64,000 bases of DNA. Origin: a virus (lineage: Duplodnaviria > Heunggongvirae > Uroviricota > Caudoviricetes). This document shows, piece by piece, positions 53,901 to 62,200 of this stretch (positions within the stretch are counted from its first letter, which is position 1; every line of letters begins with the position of its first letter). The position numbers and the translations under genes were made by a program. The DNA lies in IMG/VR virus record IMGVR_UViG_2529292751_000001, positions 61,735 to 125,734 of that record. One strand, given 5' to 3'. A model generated the notes under the pieces. That model did no database searches. It was given only the letters and a program-made list of their open reading frames with translations, and had not been told where the DNA came from.

Positions 53901-55476
53901 TACTAAGCTGATTAATATTTCTTACCACAGCTTCATATTCTTTAAGTTTAGAAGTAACTGCATCTTGTTCAGCTTTATGTTTGGCTGTAATTTGGCTACG
54001 TTCCATCTCTTGCTGATTAATCTTGCCTGCTTCAGTTAATTGCTTCTGCATTTCACGAGTAACAAGCTGAACACTTTCAAACATTTGTCTGTTTGCTTGT
54101 TGGTTTCGTTCTGCGAGTACAAGCTGTTCGCGTAATGCTCTTAATTGAGAATTTTCCGCAACACCTAGACCACCCATATTCTTTCTAGTGTCTAGTTCTG
54201 CAATCTTCATCTTTAAGCGATGCACATCTTGAAGGTCTGCTTTCATAACAGCTAGTGCTTCTTTTTGCTCTTGCTTAGTTTTTCTCTCCTCTTCAGTAAG
54301 TCTCTTAGCATCAGCTAACGCTTGCTTCTTAGCTTCCGCCTGTTGAACCTGTAGCATACCAATTGTTCTAAGATTGTCCATCTCATCTTTTTGAGAAGAG
54401 TTCATTTTCTCTTGAAGACTATGTTTTTCTTTAATCTTATTTTGAGCCTTCTCATAATGACCATACAGTTCTTGAAGAGAAGCTTTTTCTTTCTCTGTCG
54501 CATTAACCATTTGTACAGCAAGAGAGTTTTTCTTAGCCTCTAACTGAGCAACTTTTGATACAGCCTGTGCAATTTCATTATTAGCTTGTTTTTCTTGTTG
54601 CTTTAAAGCTAATATAGTTTTTGCCTCTAAAGCCAATTCTTGCTGACGCTTAAGCTCTTTTAGCGAGTTGTTATCAGTAGCATTCTGAGCATATCTTAAT
54701 CTATACTCGTATTGAAGCATCTCCAATTGCTCTTTCTGAATTCCTCTTTCTCTTTCAAGGAGTTGGAAGTGCTTACCTTGAGCATTTACTTGTTCCATTT
54801 CAATCTGATGGATTCTTCTAGTAACACCCTCGATTTCTTTCATCGCTCGCATTTTATCTTCGACAACTTTAACGTCTTGCGTACCATCTGGCTTGTTGGT
54901 CGTTGTTTTAGATACACCAGAGCCAACATTCTCTGTTACAACCTTTGTTTTTAATGTTGTAACACTGCCATCTTGATTTCTAACCTGTCGAGACAAGTTG
55001 CTAATCTTCGTCCATTCTCCTGCTTGCTCTTTTAGCGCCTGCGTTTCTCCCTTAGTCTTAGACTTGAGGCTATCCATAGCATCATTCATTCGCTTAGCAT
55101 CGCTAAGAACTTCTTTTAGAGGAGCATCCAAATCAATGCCTTTAACATCTATTTTCAATTCGCGCTTCTTAGTTAATTCTTGGTCAAGTTGTTTCAATTC
55201 TCTATGAAAAGTATTTATAGCCTTTAAAGCATTGCTAACATCTGTCTTTAACTTAATTTCAAAAGCATCTTCTTTTAACGCTGATTTAATTTTGGCTCTT
55301 ACACTTTTTAGGCTATTGCCATCAATATCGATGTTAATCTTACCTTCGAAACCATTTTTTACTTTCGCCCATTTCTGAGCTAATTGAGCCTGTAGTTCTC
55401 CAACCGTAGGGAATTCGACACCAACTTCAATTCCTATTTTATTCGCCACTAAGCTAACACCTTCCCTTCTTAGCAA
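47944..55476 (-). CDS. tail tape measure protein (2510 aa)
   Basis: size, extensive coiled-coil K/E/Q-rich sequence, position in the tail operon; contains an N/S-rich low-complexity segment (~52250-52400). Confidence 0.85.
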   Translation of the reverse strand: MLRREGVSLVANKIGIEVGVEFPTVGELQAQLAQKWAKVKNGFEGKINIDIDGNSLKSVRAKIKSALKEDAFEIKLKTDVSNALKAINTFHRELKQLDQELTKKRELKIDVKGIDLDAPLKEVLSDAKRMNDAMDSLKSKTKGETQALKEQAGEWTKISNLSRQVRNQDGSVTTLKTKVVTENVGSGVSKTTTNKPDGTQDVKVVEDKMRAMKEIEGVTRRIHQIEMEQVNAQGKHFQLLERERGIQKEQLEMLQYEYRLRYAQNATDNNSLKELKRQQELALEAKTILALKQQEKQANNEIAQAVSKVAQLEAKKNSLAVQMVNATEKEKASLQELYGHYEKAQNKIKEKHSLQEKMNSSQKDEMDNLRTIGMLQVQQAEAKKQALADAKRLTEEERKTKQEQKEALAVMKADLQDVHRLKMKIAELDTRKNMGGLGVAENSQLRALREQLVLAERNQQANRQMFESVQLVTREMQKQLTEAGKINQQEMERSQITAKHKAEQDAVTSKLKEYEAVVRNINQLSRDLAFAGTRERAEIERALSSERAKADAIKTSLSAQNSLVQERMREIHAIEQAQTAQQRLNRLRSEAREKDRMSNDAHGVVDFYSTYANFEQGIRAVLEPMRELDEAFIGVSKVAQASEDDLNRFKDTAFDVGSTLGVTANDYMKAVETWVTSGETFIKAQEKAKVSLIGSFVGNLKPDDMVKYMEVPLLAFRKQGLETNDVINVMNETANNHAIEMDDLGKAYVRSANTAKDTGIDFGYLTGMITGAQEATRKGGERIGTGIKTISMNMTNITSQLTPDTQKKFAWFKQIGVDFKDSNGQMREGSAILGDLVKKWDSLSQEQKGTAKFYLAGKEHAEILGGIIDQWERVEEVSKETNEQFGKGTNGSAYLEHAKQASSLKFKMVELKNAWMELMNNIGNSTGLTGLVDAVTVALQKLADVATNEKFMEALKFTAFAVGIHAMSNGMRQLTDTMKTGASGIMRDLSQVGSYFGTLTGKIGEATRATRLFNKEARVSNVSTVDINNGGSRNVNSGGRNNNSNNNADSNRNNNSTRNAVQSASNAGAVLEGTSSKISAVGKGIGKLLGMIPLVGDALLLLDFVGVPVFDNMGRAYDNLFKSAEKQALEYEQSVKKFESTNFIVNGMIEKTQANLDKLQEKIDKSKQTDKDPNQEGTQAWMEQDEFMKIKDEIEKQGQDLGVDIKVTVNSYEEVQAKLDELKKKKDELAEKSTIEIASQMTGDWEKLKESQQTIAELKGEQEVVKGKMDEINTAMGKLGTSPEDDQKRKMWQATLKTLQGEYDGLGKKINSAGKEYETAQHSINASAEALLKQGKNMKASNLTAEQATAVYPAMISQYRNMRDSSDKLANIQKKVAEGHKLSADEVEALGGELKQYAGIAPEKIAADKNLQKEIQNNIDAKIKEKGTTIKTAEEALIAIGQHINKEQEVQKEIDRSGKQAKDTEKDIGILNGAYKDIPAKVVTSVVAEGLDWVIEKAKSAKSLLDKIRGSGTGAKVDASVSSTPEQGKSSSVASNVSSSQSSSISANGVPVKGVGRSVSGVSKYNSDRDYNSANENATVSESVWRYWGQEMYRGASIEKELKNLTIAINEAKDDQSKLIPLYKQQQALLKKQVSHNEILSYYKDKELDEVLNKLSDYGFWVDTDTNNINNLYHAKDLKGESAQKAEELLNRWKSLYTEIGGLQDTIANLNSNVKGLDDTIEKAKITEELKNLEPTMKRVDAILTKVTNSDAITSRKLGFVGSQDKELALHLNARALNESKQNMSELINEFNRLSTMSVQFKENGSQIQSQLQKVSSAILAQADAVIKYRQAMNDIEISRITEDMNKFNSAIDENNTKIDNVVKNLQDGLLSRTGVGDLYSSNITELDLSRDNRLQQMAIERINLEKEVQEALAGYAKKNVERTEWVANSILDINKQMYNQLLGLEYAYKNGQDLSMSRVSSSVLGDMGDINKIDAGYGTLVAGQLTKYIKEVQKEQSALLKEYERNLASALNPDEKDSLTNKYIIDSMKLQEKYLRANIQGNNEAIEELNRQLQDTSLTDDQVEKIKQQISTYEKDNVGAQNSIKDSIKKRFEFEFSLLSKAVKEYDKASASLDYLTSIVNLLDKNNTTTKGTILGEQLNVEQNKNAEIKKSLNYLNQQLGLYEKGSFEWNLINAQVEQYNKQLNDSNKELLQINKNIMDNSFNNITDKMEKELFGGKTQKAWKQHQELWIEGLEREIALEKMYKRMADLGTSINEDKLALLDKQEKLSKFEMDYLNKQLDIVELQNKINNLNQEKKVQTLKQNEFGQWDWVYEADQKELDKAKEDLEKAKLELQKMEEKAREDYLSQLDKILSNAKDGDYETVKEFENAIKELGDAFESILGDFPQIQSDYVKELVDAYSKYIKGNEDVLSKLPVEDIMKPISNDFNKELKKTFTEISSELGKVFADALLSRLPNTFNAQAVSRSVASSPTQITIDNIEFPNIKTADGIKDAILSLPQIALQKSKNKL

Positions 55477-55489
55477 TACTTTTGTTTAA
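55470..55489 (-). promoter_or_regulatory. conserved element, copy 22 (TTAAACAAAAGTATTGCTAA, minus strand) between the recombinase stop and the TMP start
   Basis: 18/20. Confidence 0.8.
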
Positions 55490-55490
55490 G

Positions 55491-55511
55491 GGAGGGTATT
55501 ACTCCTCCCTG
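55491..55511 (-). other. stem-loop (AGGGAGG...CCTCCCT) abutting motif copy 22
   Basis: read directly from the sequence. Confidence 0.5.
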
Positions 55512-56530
55512 TTTTGTTTTCTAACCTGCTTTAGCTTATCACGAATCTCAGCCTTGGATTTAGGCTTAACATAATGTTTTTGAGTCGTGGATACATCGGA
55601 ATGGTTAAGAAATTCTTGAGCCAGTGTTAAATCACCTGTCTCATCAACGATTCTGTTCCCTGCTGTTTTACGAAGACAGTGAGGATGCAAGTCTGGCAAC
55701 CCTAAGATTGTACCAATCTTTCTAACTCTCATATAGATTGAAGTCTGAGACATCTTTCTATATTCTCCATCTTTCTTAACAAGGAAAATCCCATCGCACT
55801 CTAGATTGTCCATTGGTTTTCGTTTTTCTTTCCATTCTTCTAACAACTTAGCAGAACCCTCTTCGAACGCTACTTCTACCATCTTACCGCGCTTCTCTCT
55901 AATATCTAAGAACATCATATTCTCAACATCTAGACTAGACCACGTAAGTTTAGAGATAGCTCCGTTTCGATTTCCACTTTCAATCATGATGTGCCAGATT
56001 AATAGGTCTTGAATATCAAACTTTCTTCCCTTTTCTTTCTGGTAATCTTCATGAAGATGCTTTGTTACAATATCAATCTGCTCTTGAGTTAAGAAATAGT
56101 GATTAATAAGTTTCTCATCATTAGCACCCTTCATTCTATCTAGCTTTCTATCAAATGGGTGAGCCTCGATAATACCGCGCTTCATAGCCCACAAGTAGTA
56201 ACTAGATACAGCAGAAAGCTTTGTGTTAATTACTTTCTTATTATTCCCAAGCGTATCTTGACAGAAGCCAATGTAACCTTCCATAATATCTACAGCGTTT
56301 TCCATATATTCTTCATCATGAATGAAAATATTCTCCCATTCTTCTTCCAAATAAACAAGAAATTGATTGAAGTAATTCTGGTAAACCTTGTATGTTGTTT
56401 CCTTTACATCTTTGTTTTTGATAATGTTAGAACGAAGATATTTTTCATAAGCTTTAACGCTCTTCTTATTAACCTTCTCCAACTTATCTTTTGTAAAATA
56501 ACGTTTATAAACTCTTTTCTGAGCCATCAA
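55499..56530 (-). CDS. tyrosine recombinase / phage-integrase family protein embedded in the tail operon
   Basis: N-terminal SAM-like domain; C-terminal catalytic-type residues: HCLRKT (H-x-x-R), NHSD (His), QKHYV (Tyr). Confidence 0.8.
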   Translation of the reverse strand: MMAQKRVYKRYFTKDKLEKVNKKSVKAYEKYLRSNIIKNKDVKETTYKVYQNYFNQFLVYLEEEWENIFIHDEEYMENAVDIMEGYIGFCQDTLGNNKKVINTKLSAVSSYYLWAMKRGIIEAHPFDRKLDRMKGANDEKLINHYFLTQEQIDIVTKHLHEDYQKEKGRKFDIQDLLIWHIMIESGNRNGAISKLTWSSLDVENMMFLDIREKRGKMVEVAFEEGSAKLLEEWKEKRKPMDNLECDGIFLVKKDGEYRKMSQTSIYMRVRKIGTILGLPDLHPHCLRKTAGNRIVDETGDLTLAQEFLNHSDVSTTQKHYVKPKSKAEIRDKLKQVRKQNREE

Positions 56531-56571
56531 TACACCTCTATTCTTGAGTAGTATGATAGCCTCCTAAATTC

Positions 56572-57075
56572 CTAAAATACCTTTACGTCCCATCCTTCTC
56601 TACGAAGAGCCATTGCTAATTCTTTAGGGATGTCAGCATCTAATTTATGATAAGATTTCTCCATATAATGAGCGCCATCTCTATCCCATAGAGAACCACT
56701 TGTACCTTCTTCAATCCACATTGGAATGTATTCACTAGTATCTTCTGTATATGAAACGTCCGCATGGGCATTCCATCCAACTCCACCAAAAGCACCATTT
56801 CTGTTATACGCATTGATTTTGTCGGTATCCATGATAATTTCAAATGTAGCAAATTTAGTTCCAATCTTTAGATTGTCAATGGTTACACTGTTCATTAGCT
56901 CGAATGTTCTATCATAAGCGTATTCACCTTTAGGCATATACGTATCATAAACATTCTTCTTTACATTCTCCTGCACAACCTTAATGCAGATGTTCGTAAT
57001 CTGATTCTGTATAGTATCTATAATGGAACGTTTTAAATGAGCATGGAGAGCAGAGACGCTATCAAACTTCCGCAC
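56572..57075 (-). CDS. tail-module protein (167 aa), GTG start
   Basis: ORF track; overlaps the upstream gene by 14 nt. Confidence 0.45.
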   Translation of the reverse strand: MRKFDSVSALHAHLKRSIIDTIQNQITNICIKVVQENVKKNVYDTYMPKGEYAYDRTFELMNSVTIDNLKIGTKFATFEIIMDTDKINAYNRNGAFGGVGWNAHADVSYTEDTSEYIPMWIEEGTSGSLWDRDGAHYMEKSYHKLDADIPKELAMALRREGWDVKVF

Positions 57076-57706
57076 CGTCTGCTACCTCATGCTCTGTTTT
57101 CCCAGTTTTTAATTGAATTGTATCTGCTGTTTGAGTAATAGTTGATTCTGCATTTTTTAATTTTTCTTCTCTGCTCAATAATTCTGTTTTAGCGAGATTC
57201 TCAATGTCTTTTGTAGTCTGTTCAATCTTATCTAAGTTTTCTTTTACCTTTGGATTATAATTAGCATGATTTAATAATGCTGAAGGGATAGAATTGATTA
57301 ATTCTGATTGAGCCAAGATGCTATCCGCGCTTATGATTTCAGACTTCATATTTTCAGCATAAAGCTTATTAATCTCTGAGATAATTTGAGCTACTACATT
57401 TTGTGCAATCAACAGATGGACTGAAGGATTATCAATAGTCTTATTAATTTCCTCATCTGACATTCCACTAACATCAATATTCGTTAGTAATGGAAATACA
57501 TCTTTCATCATTGTCATTCCATCAAAGATAATTTTGTCATTTTCTAAGCCCATTCCCTTTGCGTTCTGCAAATCGATGATTGCATTTGCGTCAACTAGAG
57601 TTGGTTCGTAAATTTCAATATTCCCTTGTGGAGCATTAACGTATTCACGAATTTTTCGAACACCCTCTTGAGCTACTTGAAGTGAATCTAATTTAATTTT
57701 TGTCAT
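57062..57706 (-). CDS. tail-module protein (214 aa), possible major tail or chaperone-like protein
   Basis: ORF track; AAGGAGG SD; position upstream of the TMP. Confidence 0.45.
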   Translation of the reverse strand: MTKIKLDSLQVAQEGVRKIREYVNAPQGNIEIYEPTLVDANAIIDLQNAKGMGLENDKIIFDGMTMMKDVFPLLTNIDVSGMSDEEINKTIDNPSVHLLIAQNVVAQIISEINKLYAENMKSEIISADSILAQSELINSIPSALLNHANYNPKVKENLDKIEQTTKDIENLAKTELLSREEKLKNAESTITQTADTIQLKTGKTEHEVADGAEV

Positions 57707-57724
57707 AATTGTGTATCCTCCTTG

Positions 57725-57744
57725 TTTGCAAATCTTTTGCTTAA
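57725..57744 (-). promoter_or_regulatory. conserved element, variant copy 23 (TTAAGCAAAAGATTTGCAAA, minus strand)
   Basis: 16/20; predicted TSS of the adjacent promoter falls at its 5' edge. Confidence 0.7.
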
Positions 57745-57748
57745 TTAA

Positions 57749-57777
57749 ATAATATCAAAAAAGATGGCATGCGTCAA
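57749..57777 (-). promoter_or_regulatory. sigma-A promoter on the minus strand (TTGACG - 17 - TATTAT)
   Basis: hexamers and spacing. Confidence 0.6.
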
Positions 57778-57802
57778 CACATACCATCAAACTTTTCGAT
57801 AT

Positions 57803-57817
57803 TATGCAAATCTTTCG
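57803..57817 (-). promoter_or_regulatory. degenerate partial copy of the conserved element upstream of the -35
   Basis: CGAAAGATTTGCATAA on the minus strand. Confidence 0.35.
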
Positions 57818-57944
57818 TTCAACCTAACAGCTTACAACGCTCACTGTAGTTTGCGCTTGGGTTTTCCCATATGTAATGAGGCAGGGTTACTGGTTTGTCG
57901 AACTACTACTACTAACCCTTATTCGTAATAAAACCGCTCTTTTA

Positions 57945-58409
57945 TTAGCTCTTCTTTTCCGTCTCATCTATCGAATCAAATTTACCATCTTTAAAAGTAG
58001 CGCGGTCTCCGCCTCTACCCTTAACCTGTGACAGTCTATCAACGAACCCTTGAGGGATTGGGACTCCTAAAGAAGCTAAGTTTTCGAGTACAGATACTCC
58101 CTCTACGAAGATATAGAACCATACAGCACCTGTTCTAAGTACTGGTGCAGTCTCTGGCATCAACCCATCAAAGAGTGTAGCTAACATAATTACAATGAAG
58201 TATCCAACTTTTGTTGAAAATCCTTCTCTCATTCTTTGGCTAGAGAAGTTTTTATCTCTCCATCCCTTTATCATACCTGTTGCAATATCTATGATGACAC
58301 AAGCAACAATTACCTGTAATGGCTTATCCCATCCTCCAAGTAATGCTGTTAATCCTGTCATACCGCCTGCAAAAATAACAGATACCTCATTTAAGTTTTC
58401 GAACTTCAA
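57945..58409 (-). CDS. holin, Phage_holin_4_1 family (TTG start)
   Basis: MKFENLN...GGMTGLTALLGGWD...DIATG...VGYFIV...ENLASLGVPIP matches the 4_1 holin family pattern; 3-4 TM segments. Confidence 0.55.
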   Translation of the reverse strand: MKFENLNEVSVIFAGGMTGLTALLGGWDKPLQVIVACVIIDIATGMIKGWRDKNFSSQRMREGFSTKVGYFIVIMLATLFDGLMPETAPVLRTGAVWFYIFVEGVSVLENLASLGVPIPQGFVDRLSQVKGRGGDRATFKDGKFDSIDETEKKS

Positions 58410-58493
58410 ATCATAACACCCTTCCGTTTTATAATAACCATCTCTTTATCTATTAATGGATATTAATGATTGCAGGGTCTCCTATATCTCGCT

Positions 58494-58633
58494 TAGTTCT
58501 TGCTATTCTTTAATTCTTCAATTTCTTGTTGCTGTGTAAAGATAACTGCATCTTTAACAGCATTATCTCTAGTCAATTCTGCAACTCTAGTACTCAAGCT
58601 GTCAATTACTTTGGTAAGGTCAACATTCATCAT
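58494..58633 (-). CDS. small coiled-coil protein (~46 aa), possible XhlA-like lysis accessory
   Basis: translated by eye; immediately upstream of the holin; coordinates approximate. Confidence 0.25.
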
Positions 58634-58634
58634 G

Positions 58635-59192
58635 TTATTCACTTGTTTCACCTACTTTCTCTAATATCGGTTCTTTTTTCTCTTCTTTCTTTGGTGGCTC
58701 ATCCCAAGTTACAGCAACAATTTCCGCATGAGTTTTAGCATCTGAAATCTTTTTCTTTCGTTCACTATACTTAAATAGTTGAGCTTTTTTATGCATAAAT
58801 GCTTCTCTATACACCTGATTAAGCCATTCTTCTCGTGGATGTACGACATAGTCAGCATCTTCCGTTAACCAAGGAATTGTCTCGGTCTCTTTATCAAAGA
58901 AGATTAGCTCATGAGCTTGTCCTATGAAGTTAATCTGGTCATCCTCTCTCATTCTATAGGTATGACCATTCGTAGATTTGAATCCAGTAATAATAACCTC
59001 ATCGCACTTCTCTGATAAGATGGCGCTCTTCAATTTCTTATGGTGATTTAAGATATATTCATCTGTAATATGAGAGAGAACTGCTCCCTCCTTTCTTGCT
59101 AATGTCGTAATAAGTTCGTTCTTTTGTTCCATATTCATATTGTCGAAACCAACGCTGACTAGTTGTTTCTCAATCTGAGAGTCGAAAAGCAC
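58635..59192 (-). CDS. hypothetical protein (185 aa)
   Basis: ORF track. Confidence 0.45.
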   Translation of the reverse strand: MLFDSQIEKQLVSVGFDNMNMEQKNELITTLARKEGAVLSHITDEYILNHHKKLKSAILSEKCDEVIITGFKSTNGHTYRMREDDQINFIGQAHELIFFDKETETIPWLTEDADYVVHPREEWLNQVYREAFMHKKAQLFKYSERKKKISDAKTHAEIVAVTWDEPPKKEEKKEPILEKVGETSE

Positions 59193-59206
59193 TATTAACC
59201 ATCTCC

Positions 59207-62200
59207 TTATTTATTATTTATTTTTTCATTCAAGTATTTAACTTGTTCAGAAAGTTCTTGAATAGCCTTCCAAGCCAATGTTGTCATACCGTAGCCATCA
59301 ACTGATTTCCCATCTCTACCTTGTACTAATTGTGGTGCTTCTTCTGCAATTAATCCAATGTTCAGTTTTTCACTGTCATCTTGGTTATTGTAGTGGTAAA
59401 GTCTAGCTTTAGATGCGTTAATAATATCTAACGCGCTTCCACCAAAGTGAGATATATTCTTTTTATAATCTCTAGATGAAGCATTTTCTACAATACCTGC
59501 CACTCTCGACCAGTTTGTATCATCACCGTTACGAAACTCAAAGCGCCCTTGATTCTTTTGCCATTTAATGATACCTTGTCCTGCAAATTGCTGAACATAG
59601 TTGGCATCGCCTTGTTTCCAAATAGCAAAGATACGCTCGTTATTATGACTAAATGCATGACCACCGCCATACGAAGCATATTCAGTGGTTTGCGATGACC
59701 CTTTACCAATTCCTGTTAAATATCTAAGGCGACCATCAGCATCTTTAATTGACCACGTAGCATCACTACCTGCATAAGCCCCACCTTTGATATTCCCGAA
59801 ACCATCGAAGAAAATTGATGCACTAGGTTCGAATTGAATTGATGCATATTGAGTTCCGTTTTTGTTCTTAACAAGAATACCGCTTTGTCCTTCTAGACGT
59901 AGCCCATAACCGTTACCACCATCACTGCTTGTAACATCAAATGTCACCGTACCTGTCATGTTCGGAACCCAAAATCTTAGTTCGGAAGGTTCAAATGCTG
60001 AACTTCTTGAACCTTGCTGTGCGTTAAATCTAGCAGGTTCAAGATAAGCTTTCTTATCTCCAAATGGCGAACCACTTTCAGCCATTTCAAATACAGATAT
60101 ACCGCCATCTTTCATCTCGGCATAGTTCTGTTTCTTCGCTGTTGTATCCATTGCACCATAGCTTTTAATAGAATTACCTTCTAATACTAATTTAATAGAA
60201 GAGTTTGAGGCATTAATACTTTCATATCTAATACCCTTAATTGTTCCACCGACAAGCTTATCAGCACTTACAGTCTGAGCTTTAAGATTATTGATAAACG
60301 CAGTGTTAGCAAATAGATTCGCAACATCAATTTGAACTGCTTTGACGCTTCCTGTCTCAATTTGAGCGCCATTAATAGTTGTCTTATTAGGGAATATCCA
60401 AGGTTTAATAGTATTGTTTACCCCATTAGCTGTTCCTTGAGCGCTATCAGCTAATGATTTAGCTTTCTCATTGATTACCTTGACTAGCTGTGACTTCTTA
60501 TCATAGTAATCATCAAATTGACCTCGGAAGGTAGCTCCAGTAACAGCAGAAGTCGTTGTCATATTCGTTAAAATACCGCCAGTACCATTAAGTACAGTAT
60601 TTAGAGTGTTGTAAGCATTGACAAAGTTTGTCTTCTCTGCCCCTATGCCATATGTTGTAGCTAGGACTTCGTACTGAGGTTTCTCAGATGCCATAACCGC
60701 CCATTCTTTTTTCAATTGGACTTTTTCTACTGGAGTAATCTTACTGTCAGAAGACATGTCTGCAATAGAGTTTTTAACCTCTTGCGCCTTTGCATCTGCA
60801 CCAGTTCCAATACTTCTAGATAACTCATTAATCTTTCTGACTAGTTGCGCTTTTTTATCGTAATAGTCATCAAACGTATTTCTAAATGTTTGACCATTAA
60901 CATCACTTGTTGTAGTAATGTTAGAGATAAGAGGCGAAAGAAGAGTATTTAACGTATTATAAGAGTTGACGTAATTTGTCTTTTCAGTAGTGATACCAAA
61001 TGTATTTGATAATGCTTCATACTGAGGTTTTTCTGCCGAAATCGTTGCCCACTCTTTTTTCAATTGCTGTTTTTCAAGCGGAGTAAGCTTATTATCATTA
61101 GACATGTCTGTAATAGAATAATCATAGTCTGTCGCATCAATAACTGTAGCGTATGCAATATGCCAAGTTAAAGGTAACGTTCCGCCCTCTATATTGAAGA
61201 AGTTCGTTGAGCTGAAAGTTCCTGTTGAACCACATTCTAGTCTAAATAAGTACTCTTCCCATTTACCTGTGCCTGCTACTGGAGTTAACCATTCTGACTT
61301 GCCACCTGTTCCAGTTGAATTACTAGCAAAGACAAGCTTAGAACCGACAGGTATTTTCGCGACAATTCTAGTTACAAAAATAGCATTTGCTCTAGACATA
61401 GTCTGGAATGAGAATCCACCGTATGAAGGAGAGATAGGTAATGCAAGAGACTTTACCTCCAAGACATGTGTTGAATTTGTTGGGGCATCACTTGGCTTAG
61501 CAACTCTGTTTATTGTTACATTTGAGTTGGCTGAGTTGTTATACACCTTAACGTCATTAAGCCCATTCCTAAACATTGGGTCGCTGTATAATACCTTTCC
61601 ATTCAGCCCTTGAGTCAATATTCTAGACAACTCATTAATCTTTCTGACTAGTTGAGATTTTCTATCATAGTAATCATCAAACTGCGCTCTAAATGTTGCG
61701 CCAGTCACACTAGAAGTTGTCGTCATGTTTGTAAGTATTCCGCCACTTCCATTTAATACTGTATTCAGAGTATTGTACGCATTAACGTAATTATTCTTCT
61801 CTCCAGTAACACCAAACCCATTTGCCAAGGCTTCAAATTGAGGCTTCTCAGCAACCATTACAGCCCATTCCTTTTTAAGCTGAACCTTTTCTACAGGAGT
61901 AATTTTGCTATCGCTAGACATATCCGCAATAGAGTTCTGAGCTGATTGAGCTTTGCTTTCTGCGCTAGTACCAATGCTTCTAGCTAGTTCGTTAATTTTT
62001 TTAACCAATTGTGACTGCTTGTCATAGTAATCATCAAAAGTATTTCTGAATGTCGACCCATTTATATCACTAGTAATACTTGCGTTAGAAATGATAGGCG
62101 ATATTGCTGTATTCAAAGCATTATAAGCATTAATATAGTTGGTTTTCTCAGTAGTAACTCCATACGTATTAGCAAGGGCTTCATAGTTTGGCTTTTCAGC

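Noticed and set aside
55476-56572. attP adjacent to the recombinase gene
   Set aside because: Only 22 and 41 nt of non-coding DNA flank the gene (an element copy plus SD). There is no room for a core plus arm sites. A candidate site lies instead at 35.5 kb.
57040-57100. Programmed translational frameshift between the 214-aa and 167-aa tail genes (G/GT-type chaperone)
   Set aside because: The downstream frame is closed by a TAG only two codons before its GTG start, and no slippery heptamer precedes the overlap. It is ordinary overlapping reinitiation with a GAGGT SD.
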